Below, piece by piece: positions 1 through 13,317 of a stretch of 64,000 nucleotides of DNA. The notes under the pieces were generated by a model, which was not told where the DNA came from, made no database searches, and saw only the letters and a list, made by a program, of their open reading frames with translations. Position 1 is the stretch's first letter, and the number at the start of each line of letters is the position of its first letter. Source of the DNA: Eledone cirrhosa (taxonomy: Eukaryota); the NCBI GenBank assembly GCA_964016885.1, contig OZ024743.1:78802001-78866000 (forward strand). Reading direction: 5' to 3'. The translations under genes and the position numbers were made by a program.

Positions 1-29
1 TATATGTATGTGATGTGTGTGTGTGTGTT

Positions 30-192
30 TATATCTGTATTTTTGACCGTTGGTCAGTCAATGATAAACATTGAGGACCAAATGAATTAACTGTGATACA
101 GAAGCGAAAACCAACCAAACAGTGAGTGTGTTCTGTTATTATTTCTGGCAATATCATTACAACAATATGACCCTCCCCAAGTATAACAATAT
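30..192. repeat. Dispersed non-coding repeat next to (AT)n; other copies at ~32060-32240 (same orientation) and ~35460-35860 (inverted, split by a SINE)
   Basis: Shared text ...gtcagtcaatgat..acattga..gaaaaccaaccaaacagtgagtgtgttc..tttctggcaat..caatatgaccctccccaagtataac at the three loci. Confidence 0.8.
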
Positions 193-400
193 ATGTATAT
201 ATATATATATGTATATATGAAACATTAATTGAAAAGTTTTGAAACGATGAGTGTATATGAATAATTGTAAAATTGGAGTATTCTCAGTGCGAGGGTTTGC
301 CGTAGACATCTGGATACTATTTGGGGGAGTTAAGATATAATTACAAATTGGAGAGTGGGAGAGAGAGGGGGAAAAAGAAGTTAAAGTTTGAGAGTGTGTA

Positions 401-437
<37 letters not shown>

Positions 438-545
438 TTTATCCACTCAGAGCTTTGTTAAAGTTTGAGAGATTGGCTACATATATATTTTACTATTTTT
501 TTTTGTATTTAGATGGAAGACAAAAGGAAGAAGATGAAGACAACA

Positions 546-670
546 AAGAAGAAGAAGAAGAAGAAGAAGAAGAAGAAGAAGAAGAAGAAGAAGAAGAAGA
601 AGAAGAAGAAGAAGAAGAAGAAGAAGAAGAAGAAGAAGAAGAAGAAGAAGAAGAAGAAGATGAAGAAGAT
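546..670 (+). repeat. (GAA)n microsatellite
   Basis: About 40 consecutive gaa units; explains the poly-E/K/F/L ORFs. Confidence 0.97.
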
Positions 671-679
671 AAATATGAA

Positions 680-3600
680 GAACCACACTACACCACACCA
701 CACTACACTACAATACACCTCACCAAGGGAGAAGACCATACTACACCACATAACACCCAACATTTGTTCCTCTTTTTTTTTCATGTGCTATCAACTAATC
801 CGAACTCCAAGATGCTTGCTATTGACTTTCTCTTCCTGGAAAACTAAGGTGGATGCGCTCCTCTCATTTAAACCTAGAGTTTTCTCTAAGATTTGTTGTA
901 TGTTATCAACGAATATGACCTCGAAACCAGTTGGAAACGACTAGTTGTTCTAGAAAAAGGAGGGGTAAAGGGAGTGGAAAGACATTGTCGTTTTGTAGAT
1001 ATACGCCCTAATGATTTTTCATCGGTTTTCTTTTGTGTGCTATCAACTAATCTGAACTATTAGTTGCTATGAATCAATTTTTCTTCCTGGGATTCAGAAA
1101 CCCGAATGTTAAAACTAAAACTAAATTAAACTTAAAATTAAATTTAGCCCCATCCTTAAACTCTAAATCTAACCACAAACAATCTAAATATAAATATAAA
1201 CACAAACCCAACCCTTAAATTAAACCCTAAAACTAAACCTAAACCATAAAACTAAACCCTAAAACTAAACCCTATACTTTACCCAAACCCTTAAACTAAA
1301 CTCTAAACTTTACCCCAACCATAAAACTAAAATGTAAACTTTATCCCATCCCTTAAACTAAACCCTAAATGTTACCCCAACTCTAAACTTAACCCAGGGA
1401 AATAAGTTGTTTGCAAGCATCTAGGAGGTCAGATTAGAAAAATACCGAAAACAATTATGGTCCCACAACATGTGAATGGGGTGTAGATCTGCAAAACCCT
1501 TCCCTCTTCCCTCTCCTTTTTCTCAAAAGCTAGTTGTTTTTGACTGGTTTAGAAGTCATATTCACTAATACCATTCACAAATCTAGTCATTTTTGATTGC
1601 AGTGGAAGTCATATTTGTTAATATGTTAAAGCATAGTCTACTGTGAGTATGTTGGAGGTTGGATTAGTTGATGGCACATAGAAAAACAAAGGAAAAAATG
1701 TTTTCTCACTTAAATCAAAGTGAAAATTAAGTCCTTCCTTTATAGGGAAACACATTATAACAAAACAGACCGCACCACATTAAACTACAAACCACACCAT
1801 ACCAAACTACACCATACTACATCACATCATGCTATTGATCTCAGTATAAAAATGTTCATCTATTTTTTGGGGGGGGGGGGGGGGGGGTACTTACCACCAA
1901 ATCTGACATTAAAGGTGCCTACAATTAACTATTTTGTGCACATATTATCAATGAATATGACTTTGAAACCTGTCGAAAATGACTAGCTTTGTAGAAAGAG
2001 GGCATAAGTCGGAGGAAATACCATTCACAAAGCTAGTCACTTTTGATTGCAGTGGAAGTTATATTTGTTGTTAATATGTTAAAGTATAGTCTACTGCGAG
2101 TATGTTGGAGATTGGATTAATTGATAGCACATAGAAAAACAAAGGAAAACATTTTTTTCTGACTTAAATCAAAGTGGAAATTAAAGTCCTTACTTTATAT
2201 GGAAACACATTATAACAAAACAGACCATACCATACTATATCATATCATTGTAAATTTATTGCAGAACACCTACTTCTACTGTTTACATTACACCATGGTA
2301 TTGACAAGAAAGTGACAAATTTTCTTGTTTTCTTTTTTGTGGTTACCAACTAATATGACATCAAAGGTGCTTGCAGAATAACACAGCACACCACACCTCA
2401 CCAGACCTCACCACACGACACCAAACTACCCCACACTACACCACACCACACCACACTACATCTCACCAAGTGAGAAGAGCATACTTCACCACACCTCACC
2501 ACACCTCACCTCACCACACCACACTACACCACACTACACCATACCACACCACACCAAGTGAGAAGAGCATACTACACCACATCACACCACATAACACGCA
2601 ACATTTTTTCCTATTTTTTTTTCATGTGCTATCAACTAATCCGAACTACAAGATGCTTGCTATTGACTTTCTCTTCCTGGAAAACTAAGGTGGATGCGCT
2701 CCTCTCATTTAAACCTAGAGTTTTCTCTAAGATTTGTTGTATGTTATCAACGAATATGACCTCGAAACCAGTTGGAAACGACTAGTACTAGAAAGACACA
2801 TTGTTTTGTAGATATACGCCCTAATGATTTTTCATTGGTTTTCTTTAGTGTGATATCAACTAATCTGAACTGTTAGTTGCTATGAATCAATTTTTCTTCC
2901 TGGGATTCAGAAACCCGAATACTAAAACTAAATTAAACTTAAAATTAAATTTAGCCCCATCCTTAAACTCTAAATCTAACCACAACCAAGCTAAATCTAA
3001 ATATAAACACAACCCCAACCCTTACACTAAAGCCTAAACATTACCCCAACCATAAAACTAAACCCTAAACTTTAACCAACCCTTAAACTAAACTCTAAAC
3101 TTTACCCCAACCATAAAACTAAACCCTAAACCATAAAACTAAATCCTAAACTTTACCCCAACCATAAAACTAAGCTGTAAACTTTATCCCAACCCTTAAA
3201 CTAAACCCTAAAACTAAACCCTAAACATTACCCCAACCCTTAAACTAAAACCTAAACCTAACCCAGGGAAATAAGTTGATTGCAAGCATCTAGGAGGTCA
3301 GATTAGAAAAATACCAAAAATAATTATGTCCCACAACATGTGATCTGCAAACCTCTTCCCTCATGCCTCTCCATTTTCTCAAAAGCTAGTTCTTTTTTAC
3401 TGGTTTGGAAGTCATATTCACTGATAACACATGAAAATAGAATTGGAGAGAAAATTCTGAGTAAGCATGGATTGTCTGGGTGAACAGGGACCCATCTCAT
3501 CTCATCCCACCGTTTTCCTGCGGAGAAAAGTCAGTTTTAAGCATCTTTTTTTTTGCGTGCGTGTATTTACCATCCAATCTGACATTAAAGGTGCTTACAA

Positions 3601-4900
3601 TTGACTATTTTTTGCACATATTATCAATGAATATGACTTTGAAATCTGTCGAAAATGACTAGCTTTGTAGAAAGAGGGTGGAAGTGGGCGGAAATACCAT
3701 TGACAAAGCTAATAACTTTTGATTGGAGTGGAAGTCATATTTGTTGTTCATATGTTAAAGTATAGTCTACTGTGAGTATGTTGGAGGTTGGATTAGTTGA
3801 TAGCACGTAGAAAAACAAAGGAAAACATTTTTTTTCCGACTTAAATCAAAGTGGAAATTAAAGTCCTTACTTTATATGGAAACACATTATAACACACCAC
3901 ACCACATTAAACTACCCTAAACTACACCATACTACATCACACCATGGCAAATTTATTGAAGAACACCTACCTACTCCTTGAACTCAATGTGAAAAATTTT
4001 CTGTTTATTTTTCTGTGTGTTCTTACCACCTAATCTGACATCAAAGCTGCTTGCAATTGACTATTTTTTGCACATATTATCAATGTATATAACATGGAAG
4101 CCTATTGTTTGCCATAGGTTCCCATTTCATAACTACAGTTCACACCATACCAAACTACACCATACTACATCACACCATGCTATTGATCTCAGTATGAAAG
4201 ATTTCCTTTTTTTTTTATTTGTGCTTACTACCCAATCTGACATTAAAGGTGCTCGCAAATAACTATTTTTTGCACATATTATCAATGAATATGACATTGA
4301 AACCTGTCGAAAATGGCTAGCTTTGTAGAAAAAAAGGGTGGAAGTGGGCGGAAATACCATTCACAAATCTAGTCATTTTTTATTAGAGTGGAAGTTATAT
4401 TTGTTAACATATTAAAGTATAGTCTACTGCGAGCATGTTGCAGGTCGGATTAGTTGATAGCACATAGAAAAACAAAGGAAAACATCTTTTTCTGACTTAA
4501 ATCAAAGCAGACCATACCATACTATTTCATATCATTGTAAATTTATTGCAGAACACCTACTTCTACTGTATACATTATACCATGGTATTGACATGAAAGT
4601 GACAAATTTTATTGTTTATTTTTTCTTTTTTTGTGTTTACCACCTAATGTGACATCTAAGGTGCTTGCAATTGACTATTTTTTTCACATATTATCAATGA
4701 ATGTGACTTTGAAACCTATTGAAAATGACTAGCTTTGTTGAGAAATGAGGGCGAAAAGTGGGAGGAAAAACCATTCACAAAGCTAGTCACTTTTGATTGC
4801 AGTGAAAATCATATTTGTTGACAACATGCAAAGAGAATAGTTGATTGCATGTATCTTGGAGGTCAAGTAAGTTGAAAGCACACGAAAAACAAAGGAAAAC
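680..4900. repeat. Complex repeat array with a ~1.85-kb duplication and tandem/inverted subunits
   Basis: 730-1570 recurs at ~2560-3430; the subunit attatcaatgaatatgactttgaaacc..gaaaatgactagctttg recurs at ~1945, 3620, 4280 and 4690, and inverted at ~1500-1570 and 3370-3430; (CACAC/CACTA)n patches. Confidence 0.85.
1110..1400 (+). repeat. Degenerate telomere-like (AAACCCT/CCCTAA-type) tract; second copy ~2920-3270
   Basis: Repeated aaaccctaaaact / taccccaacc units. Confidence 0.75.
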
Positions 4901-4946
4901 AAATTTTCCAGCTCAAATTGTTCTACCTGTCTGTCTACGTACCAAG

Positions 4947-5024
<78 letters not shown>

Positions 5025-5070
5025 CACTCTATATATCTATGTATCTATTTCTCTATCAATCTATCTAGCT

Positions 5071-6812
5071 ATCCATCCGACAGGGATGCCCTCTCTCCTC
5101 TCTTCTGTACGTACTGACTCTCGAGCCACTACTGCGGAAGTTGGAGCTATTGCAGGGCATCCTTTGGAACCGGGACTGCGAAAAGCGGCGTCGGCCTACG
5201 CCGACGACATGACAGTAATGGTGTAGAGCACCTCGCAAATCGGGTAGATCGGCAACTTACTGGAGGAATACGAAAGGTTCACAGGAGCGAAGCTGAACCG
5301 GGACAAATCCGTCGGTTTGCAACTCGGAACATGGAGAGGCAAACCGATGCCTTCCGATGAGGTCGTCGGACGCTGGACGGAAGGACCGGTAAAGCTGCTC
5401 GGGGTCTGGTTTGGTCCTGACCTCCAGGTGGAGAAGAACTGGAACGAGGTGACGGCCAAGGTGTTTGCGTTCACCCAGAAGTGGGCCGAGTGCAAACTAT
5501 CCTTGAAAGGTCGAGCGGAGGTGGCGGACACTTTTATAGCGTCCGCCATCTACTACCGCTTAACCGTTGTGCCTTGTCCAGCCAAAACGCTCACCAAAAT
5601 GGAGCGCGCGCTCTTCCAGTTCCTTTGGAAGAAACGGGCTCTTTTGGTGAGAAGATTCATCTGCTGCCAACACCCTTCAAACGGAGGGCTGGGGTTGCCG
5701 TGGCTGACGATGCGCAAACACGCGCTCAGGCTGCGGCACCTCCACGTATTCCTCACCAGACAACCGGTGTGGGCCCCGTTCGTGAGGCGAGCCTTCCCAC
5801 GACTCGTCTCGCTGACCGAGCTGCAGACCTGGGTCAAGCAAAGACCGAGGAAAATGGGCGACTGGCATATCGAATGTGCTCAGGCGCTCACAGTCCGCTG
5901 GCAAACGGACCCGGCGATCAGTGGAGACTCCACTTCGACATTCTATAGAGGGTTGGTCCGCAGCAAGTGCGACGACACGCTCGGAGAAACTCTAGGCGTA
6001 GAGGAGGACGAACTGGCCAGTCTGTTCGGTAGGACCTTCCGCCCGGGACCAATGGACAATTTCCAAAAGTCCCTGGCCTGGCAGTGCTACCGAGGAGCTC
6101 TACCAGTTCGAGACAAGCTCTACAGACACGGGCGCCCGGGTAGGGACCCTTCGAAAAAGATCTGTCCGAGATGCGTGCGCGACGAGGAAACCATCGCACA
6201 CGCATTTGTACACTGCCCGGGCGTTATCGACCTGTGGGGCTATGTAGAACGACTATTGTCGCGGGTGGGACCAATCCAGTTGACCACCGAGTCCATTGTC
6301 ATGATCAAACCGCCACCCTCCTTTAAAAACGAGGGAGAGGCGGTTTTCCTATGTGTTATGGCTATGGTGAAAGAGGTTATATGGTGGACGAGGTTAAAAG
6401 GGCCGAGGTCAGACACCTTTCTCTCCGGCGAGCAACTGATTCGCTTTTTCAAATATCATTTTGGAAGAAGAATCAGGATGGAGAGAGAGGTGCTGTACCC
6501 CAGCAAATTTTATAAAAGGTGGGTGAATGTGGCAAAGATGGCCCGAGTGGTTGGGCCTTCTCTCTATATAAGCCTGTAGGTTGAGGAAAAAGAGGAAGAG
6601 AGGAAGGGAGTACTAACTCTTGGTGCTCCTGGAGATGAGGGTTGTACATTTTTTCGGGGTGTGTACAACCCCCGTGTAACACCTCCCCCCTATTGGGTAT
6701 TTCAATTGTTCTTTGTTGTTTTATTAATAGTTTTATTTTCATATACCTGTATGTAAACTCCCCATTTGTATTTGTCCCTTTCTTTTGTGCCCTTGTGGCT
6801 AATAAAGAAATT
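5071..6812 (+). mobile_element. 5'-truncated Tx1/L1-clade LINE
   Basis: Starts in the RT motif SIRQGCPLS, then AYADD (~5195) and a C-terminal CPRC..HAFVHC knuckle; aataaa at 6801; candidate 13-bp TSD aatctatctagct at 5058-5070 and 6813-6825. Confidence 0.88.
5317..6579 (+). CDS. C-terminal part of Tx1-like LINE ORF2 (post-RT region and CCHC zinc knuckle), 420 aa open
   Basis: VKLLGVWF, LSLKGRA, GGLGLP and CPRC-x8-HAFVHC motifs typical of L1/Tx1 ORF2; the upstream RT part has stops and frameshifts. Confidence 0.8.
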   Translation: MQLGTWRGKPMPSDEVVGRWTEGPVKLLGVWFGPDLQVEKNWNEVTAKVFAFTQKWAECKLSLKGRAEVADTFIASAIYYRLTVVPCPAKTLTKMERALFQFLWKKRALLVRRFICCQHPSNGGLGLPWLTMRKHALRLRHLHVFLTRQPVWAPFVRRAFPRLVSLTELQTWVKQRPRKMGDWHIECAQALTVRWQTDPAISGDSTSTFYRGLVRSKCDDTLGETLGVEEDELASLFGRTFRPGPMDNFQKSLAWQCYRGALPVRDKLYRHGRPGRDPSKKICPRCVRDEETIAHAFVHCPGVIDLWGYVERLLSRVGPIQLTTESIVMIKPPPSFKNEGEAVFLCVMAMVKEVIWWTRLKGPRSDTFLSGEQLIRFFKYHFGRRIRMEREVLYPSKFYKRWVNVAKMARVVGPSLYISL

Positions 6813-7259
6813 AATCTATCTAGCTCTCTATGCATTAGTTTATCTATTTATCTATCTCCCTCTATCTAGCTAGGTTGTTATCTACTATCTATACCTACCT
6901 ACCAAGCTAAATATCTATTTACCTGCCTAGCTATTTATATATCGATCCGGGAAATCCGGGAATAAAGCCGTCTACAAGTATCTTTGATGTCACTTTTTAA
7001 GTTAGAGAGGATAGGCATTACATTTTTAAGATTTTAAGTTAGAGGGAATCACGCTATACCATACAATACAATGACTCAGTAAGCCACACTAACCAACACT
7101 ACACCAAACCAGATTATACCACAATCCAAATTCAAGCCACATATGTTTTCCTTTATTCTCATTTTTATTGAATATTTTTTGTTATTTGTCTCATTTTTAT
7201 TCTTAAATTTTCTAAATATTAATTAAACTTCTTCAAAATATAAATTCTTAAATCCAATA

Positions 7260-9240
7260 ACTTTTCAATCTCTACAACCTTACATATAATGTATTATTCT
7301 AGGTTACTTGAAAGATATCTTCTACAAACTCTTTAAATCTTACTCTCTACAACATTTCATATAAAGTATTACTGTAGGTTATTTAAAATTTTCATGTAGA
7401 AACTCTCTAGATCTCACTCTATACAACCTGACATATATTGTATTACTGTAGGTTACTTTAAAGATATTTTCTAGAAACTCTCTAAATATCACTCTCTACA
7501 GTGTCAGTCATCCAGTTGTTAATATAATAGAACCATCCTGTTCTACTAAATATAATTTACCAGGACCACAAAACAATAATATTACCATATCTCACTATAT
7601 AGTAGCTGATTTATGAACTAATTAGAATTTAACATACCTAACATTAGTTAGTATAGCTTTTAAATATAATTTTATATTTTGAACAACTTGAGCACGATGA
7701 CCGAGTGGTTAAGACGTTGGAGTTAAGTTCCAATGGACAAATGTCCGGGTCGGTTTGAACCCCACTCGGGGTAAAGTAGATTTCATTCAAGTTGTTATTT
7801 ATTTTATTTATTCTATTGATTTATGTGATTGTACGGCTGGCATGCTCGGGCACCGCCTTCAGTAGATTTCGCCGAAAATATTGATCCGAGTAAAACTTTT
7901 TGGTGAACCACCGGACCGCAACTGATTATGAAATTCAGTTTAATCTGGTCAGGATTTTACACCAATCGCCGAGCAGTTAATATATTAGACATCATCACCA
8001 ATGCCCAAATGACCACATGGGTTTGATCCAAATTCAAGCTACATCTTTTTTCCTTTACTCTCCTTTTTATTGTATATTTTTTGTTATTTGTCTCTTTTTT
8101 ATTCTTTATTTTTCTAAATATTTATTAAACTTCTTCAAAATATAAATTCTTAAATCCAATAATCTTTTTCATAACTTTTCAATATCTACAACCTTACATA
8201 TAATGTATTACTGTAGGTTACTTTAAAGATATCTTCTAGAAACTCTCTAAATCTCACTCTCTACAACCTTAAATATAAAGTATTACTGTAGGTTCCTTTA
8301 AAGATTTCTTCTAGAAACTCTCTGAATCTAACTCTCTACAACCTTACATATAAAATATTACTGTAGGTTACTTTAAGATCTCTTGTAGGAACTTTCTAAA
8401 TCTCACTCTCTACAACCTGACATATAAAGTATTATTGTAGGTCACTTTAAAGATATCTTCTAGAATATCTCTAAATTTCACTCTGTGCCACCTTAAATAT
8501 AAAGTATTAGTCTAGGTTACTTTAAAGATATCCTCTAGAAACTCTCTAAATCTCACTCTCTACAACCTTACATATAAAGTATTTCTGTAGGTTAATTTAA
8601 ATATTTCTTCCAAAAACTCTCTAAATCTCAGTCTCTATAACCTTACATATAAAATATAGCTGTAGGTTACTTTAAAGATATCTTCTAGAAACTCTCTAAA
8701 TCTTACACTCTGTTTAAGATGTAAAATTATATTTAGAAGCTATACTAAGAAATGTGGTCAACATTATCTTTCATCCAGTCGGGGTCGATAAATAAAGTAC
8801 CAGCCAATAGAATGGTGTATTGGTGGAACTGTTAAAGAGTCTGAGAGTTTGATGTGTGATGTCTGATCTAGCTCTGTTCTGAGTTGAAATTCTACCTCTT
8901 TCTACCAGTAATATTAAGACATATGGAAACATTGCTTCCTTGGTTTGATCTGCTGATCAAAAGCTCTTCATTCCATTTTTTTGTCAGTTTAAAAAGAAAT
9001 TCTAAATATTATTTCATCTTCTTGAAAATAAAAGTCCTGAACTCCAATAGTCTTTCGTTCATAACTTTTTAATCAATGTTACCTCACATATAAAGTATTA
9101 CTTTAGGTTACTTGAAAGATATCTTCTAGAAACTCATTAAATCTCACTCTCTACAACCTAACATATAAAGTATTACAGTAGGTTACCTTAAAGATAACGT
9201 CTAGAAACTCTCTAAATCTCACTCTCTACAACCTGACATG
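7260..9240 (+). repeat. 75-bp satellite blocks (7260-7500, 8180-8710, 9080-9240; resumes at 12488-12630 and 13690-13920)
   Basis: Unit aaagtattactgtaggttactttaaagatatcttctagaaactctctaaatctcactctctacaaccttacatat; period 75 checked at 8277 to 8352. Confidence 0.92.
7691..7773 (+). pseudogene. tRNA-Leu(TAA) pseudogene
   Basis: Homologous to the 13235-13317 copy, but with T-loop gtttgaac and T-stem and acceptor-stem mismatches. Confidence 0.8.
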
Positions 9241-12200
9241 CCTGCTGCAGCTTCCTTAAACCGCATCTCGGCAGAACATGAAAGCTTCAGCGTACGTGAT
9301 GATGGGCAGATATGGAAGTTTGGTAAGGCTTGTGAAACATGGAAAAGAGATACAAGCTGGTCTGAAAACACTGTACCCACAACAGGTGACAATAAAAAAA
9401 ACTGAAAAAACTCTGGGACACTAAATCAGAACAACCTGTCATCCCCTGCACATAATCATAGACTGGAATCAAGGTACAAATTATTGTCCTTGAATGCACG
9501 TAGTCTATGAAATAAGATTCATCCTTTTGACTCCTACGTCAAAAATATCAACCCTGACTTCATTACAGTCACGGAAACTTGGGCACATTCCTTACTCTGT
9601 GATGGAGTTTTCAGCATAACTGGCTACAACTTGTTTCTTCAAGACCGCATTCATCGTCGTGGTGGTGGTGTAATGGTCTACGTTTGTCAAATTTGTCGGC
9701 AATTCCTTGTGTTGATTTGAACCAATCGCAGCAGGCAGTATTTTTCTGCGATATACGTATGACCATGTCAACACTGCTACTTGGAGTCGTTTATCGTCCC
9801 CCAAAATTACCATCAGGACATTCAACTTTGTGATATCCTCGGAGTTGCTGCCAGGAAAACTGCCACTTATGTTTTTATTGCAGGGGACTTCAATCACCAT
9901 GAGATTGACTGGGAAACCTTTCGTTGGCCGCCAAGCGTAAATGAATTCCTTGAGCTAGTGCTGGACACGAATTGGTCCCAAGTAGTCACCTCCCCAACAA
10001 GAGGTGACAACACTTTGGACCTACTCTTCACCACTACTCCTGAGACGGTTATTAGTGTTACTACTGAGGAACCTTTAGGTAACTCTGATCATGCTATGAT
10101 CATTGCCAATCTATCCCTCATGGGCAGTAACAAAAACCACAACCATCTCCAAACTGCTGACTTTGACTGGAATAAAGCAGACTGGAACTGTTACTGCACC
10201 GAGTTGCAACGTCCAAACTGGCTTGAGTTCTACGACTCTGGAGATGTCAACACTGTACTCCAGAATATCCTGAGCTCAATATGGACAGCATGTGCAGCAT
10301 CGGTGCCACGTAAGCAGAAAAAACATCCCAAAAGTGCAATTTGGGAGATTGCAGCAGTCCGTTTTGCCAGAAAAAACGTCGTAATGCTGAACAAACTGCA
10401 TAAATCAGATATCAATAGAAAGAGGCGAAATAAATCATCCAACCACCTCAAACAGGTGACAAAAAAGGCAGTGCTTCAATTTTAGCAGCGCATAGCAACC
10501 AGCCCTGACAGTAAGGTGTTCTGGACGTATGTTCACTCAAAGCAGAGGCCTCACTCTCCAGTTGGTCCTTTTCGCAATCCCCACACAAGCCAGGTTACTG
10601 ACGACCCCAAGGAATGCGCAGAGCTCATTGCTGAATGCTATACAGGCATTTTCACTATTGAAGACCAGAGTGTACCGTCTCCACCACCTATGACACCGGA
10701 TTCTATTACAACTATGGAATTTACACCTGCAATGCTGCGACGTCACCTTAAAAATAAACGCAAACATGCCTCTCCTGGTCTTGATGGTGTTACATACCTG
10801 CTTCTCAAACGTGGTGGGTACTTCCTTCTGCACCAGCTATCACGCTTCTTCCAATTCTGTCTGAACTGGAAAACTGCCAGTGTCATTCCTCTGTTCAAAA
10901 AGGGTGACCGCACATCACCTGTGAACTATCGTCCAGTCAGTCTTACTAGCTGCATTGCCAAACTGATGGAATCCTGTGTCAGAGAAACACTTTGGAACTT
11001 CTGGAACTGTCACAGTCTTATCCGGCCCTCGCAATTTGAATTTACCCCTAACTCCAACTGCTGTGATCAACTTATCGAGTTTCTTGAAGACATCACCCGG
11101 ATCACTGATGGCGGCTCATGGGTGGATGATTTTTACCTTGACTTTGCTAAGGCCTTCAATTCTGTGCCACACAAAAGGCTTATGGCAAAACTCTGCAAAG
11201 GGTGTGAAGGATGATCTTTTAACTGGTTGAAGTCCTTCATTCTCAGTCGAAGTGAGGTAGTCATGGTTCTAGGACAGCATTCCTCACCATATGAGATGTC
11301 ATCTGGTGTACCCCAGGGATCTGTTCTTGGCCCCTTTTTGTTTGTGGCATATATTAATGACATCATTTCCAACTTAAAGAATGCCACAGTATTGAAATAT
11401 GCAGATGACATCAAGTTGTACCTTGAGATAAAAAGGACAGATCCTGAACACTATAGATCTTTCCTGCAATCTGACCTGCACACAATGTAACAATGGATCA
11501 CAGACTGGCAACTCAAGCTAGCTGTGGACAAGTGCACCACCATGCATTTTGGGAGTAAAAACCTAGCGTCCACATACTCCCTCCACAACACTAAAATCAA
11601 GAAGTCTTCTGGTGAATGTGACCTGGACATTACGGTCAGCAGCGATTTGCGTTGGACGAAGCACGTCTCTAAAATTGTTAAGAAGGCCGAGGGTGTCTTA
11701 GCATCACTCAACAAGACCTTTGTCAGCCGCTCTCCAGCTATCTATTTAAAGCTGTACATAGCTATGGTGCGGCCACACTTAGAATTTGCATCACCAGTCT
11801 GGAAACCCTATCTTGCTCAGAACATTGACCGCCTGGAAATTGTTCAGAGACGTGCAATCAAGCGAATACCCTCCATCAGGCATCTACCATACTCTGAACG
11901 CCTGGCTTCCCTGGGTATGGATACATTGAAGCTCCGACGTCTGGCAACTGACTTAGTAAAAACCCACAAAATTATTAACCATCTTGCCAACAACAACCCT
12001 GAGTACCTTTTTGATTTCCATGTGTCTAACACACGTGGGTATGCCTACAAAGTCAGAAAACAGCACAGTTCCCATGACTTTCGGAAACATTTTTGCACGC
12101 TCAGAGTTGCTGAAGCATGAACAAACCTGCATCAGTTATTAGCTATCGAAATACTGCATCCTTTAAAACCTTCATGGAAAAAACTACCTGCATAAGTTAT

Positions 12201-12488
12201 TAGTTGTCGAAACACAGCACCCTTTAAAACCTCCATGGAACAAACAACCTGCATCAATTGTTAGCTGTCGAAACACTGCATCCTTTAAAACGTCCATGCT
12301 TCCTGAGATTCGCCAACACTACACCTAATATTCCCCCTCCATACACATACACACATGTATATCATGACTCATACACTATTCACTTCCCTGATATTTGTAT
12401 ATTATTCTATGTACTATACATGCACCTTTGAGGAGTTGTAGTGCACCTGAGCACTTTACACAATAATTTCATTATTGTTATTATTATA
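9240..12488 (+). mobile_element. CR1-like LINE ORF2 (APE + RT), pseudogenised, inserted in the 75-bp satellite
   Basis: APE motifs ETWAH, GDFNH, PTRGDNTLDL, SDH; RT motifs NYRPVSLTS, YLDFAKAFNSVPH, GVPQGSVLGP, YADD; C-terminal VRPHLEFA/LEIVQRRA; (att)n tail; the satellite reads through the junction (ctgacat|ataaagtatt). Confidence 0.92.
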
Positions 12489-12793
12489 TAAAGTATTACA
12501 GTAGGTTACTTTAAAGATTTCTTCTAGAAACTCTCTAAATCGTAGTCTCTACAATCTGACATATAAAGTATTACTGTAGGTTATTTTAAAGATATCTTCT
12601 AGAAACTCTCTAAATCTCACTCTCTACAATGTCAGTCATCCAGTCGTTAAATATATTTTACCAGGACCACAAAGCAATCATATGACTACATCTCACCATA
12701 TAGTAGCTGATTTATTGACTAATTAGAATGGAACATTTCTAACATTAGTTAGTATAGGTTTTAAATATAATTTTATATTTTTTGGACGTCATA

Positions 12794-12876
12794 AGCACGA
12801 TGGGCGAGTGGTTAAGGCGTTGGATTTAAGTTCCAATGGACAAATGTCCACGTGGGTTCGAATCCCACTCGTGCTA
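12794..12876 (+). tRNA. tRNA-Leu(TAA), possibly degenerate
   Basis: 83 nt, acceptor agcacga/tcgtgct, anticodon loop tttaagt, long variable arm, gttcgaat T-loop; one D-stem substitution. Confidence 0.7.
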
Positions 12877-13234
12877 AAAGAGATTTTCTTCCTTCAATTT
12901 GTAATTTATTTTATTTATACTATTGATTTCTGTGACTGTACGAGACCTAAACAAAGACACAGACATATATATGTATTTGTGTGTGCATGTGTGTGTGTGT
13001 CTGTCTGCATGTATGTGTGTGTCTGTTTATCTGTCTGTGTTCCTTACTCTTTGTTTATGATGGTTTTACAAATAGAGATCAACAAAATAATCGTCAGATT
13101 TGAAAAGATATGTACTTGGAGCAATATGATGGACTAAATACGTTGTAGGTGGTGCCTGAGCATGCTGCAGTCTATTGACAGAAAACAATGCAACAAATAA
13201 AATAACCTGCAATGGTAAACGGTGAAAACAGATT

Positions 13235-13317
13235 TAGCACGAGTGGGGTTCGAACCCACGAGGACATTTGTCCATTGGAACTTAAGTCCAACGCCTTAAC
13301 CACTCGGCCATCGTGCT
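13235..13317 (-). tRNA. tRNA-Leu(TAA), intact
   Basis: Reverse complement agcacgatggccgagtggttaaggcgttggacttaagttccaatggacaaatgtcctcgtgggttcgaaccccactcgtgcta folds as a class II cloverleaf with A/B boxes and a downstream TTTT. Confidence 0.93.

Noticed and set aside
455-944. Poly-E / poly-K ORFs, and the [12 protein letters not shown] ORFs across the window
   Set aside because: Translations of microsatellites lacking stop codons.
1110-1400. True telomere or fusion site
   Set aside because: Highly degenerate, not clean (TTAGGG)n, and duplicated as part of a larger repeat.
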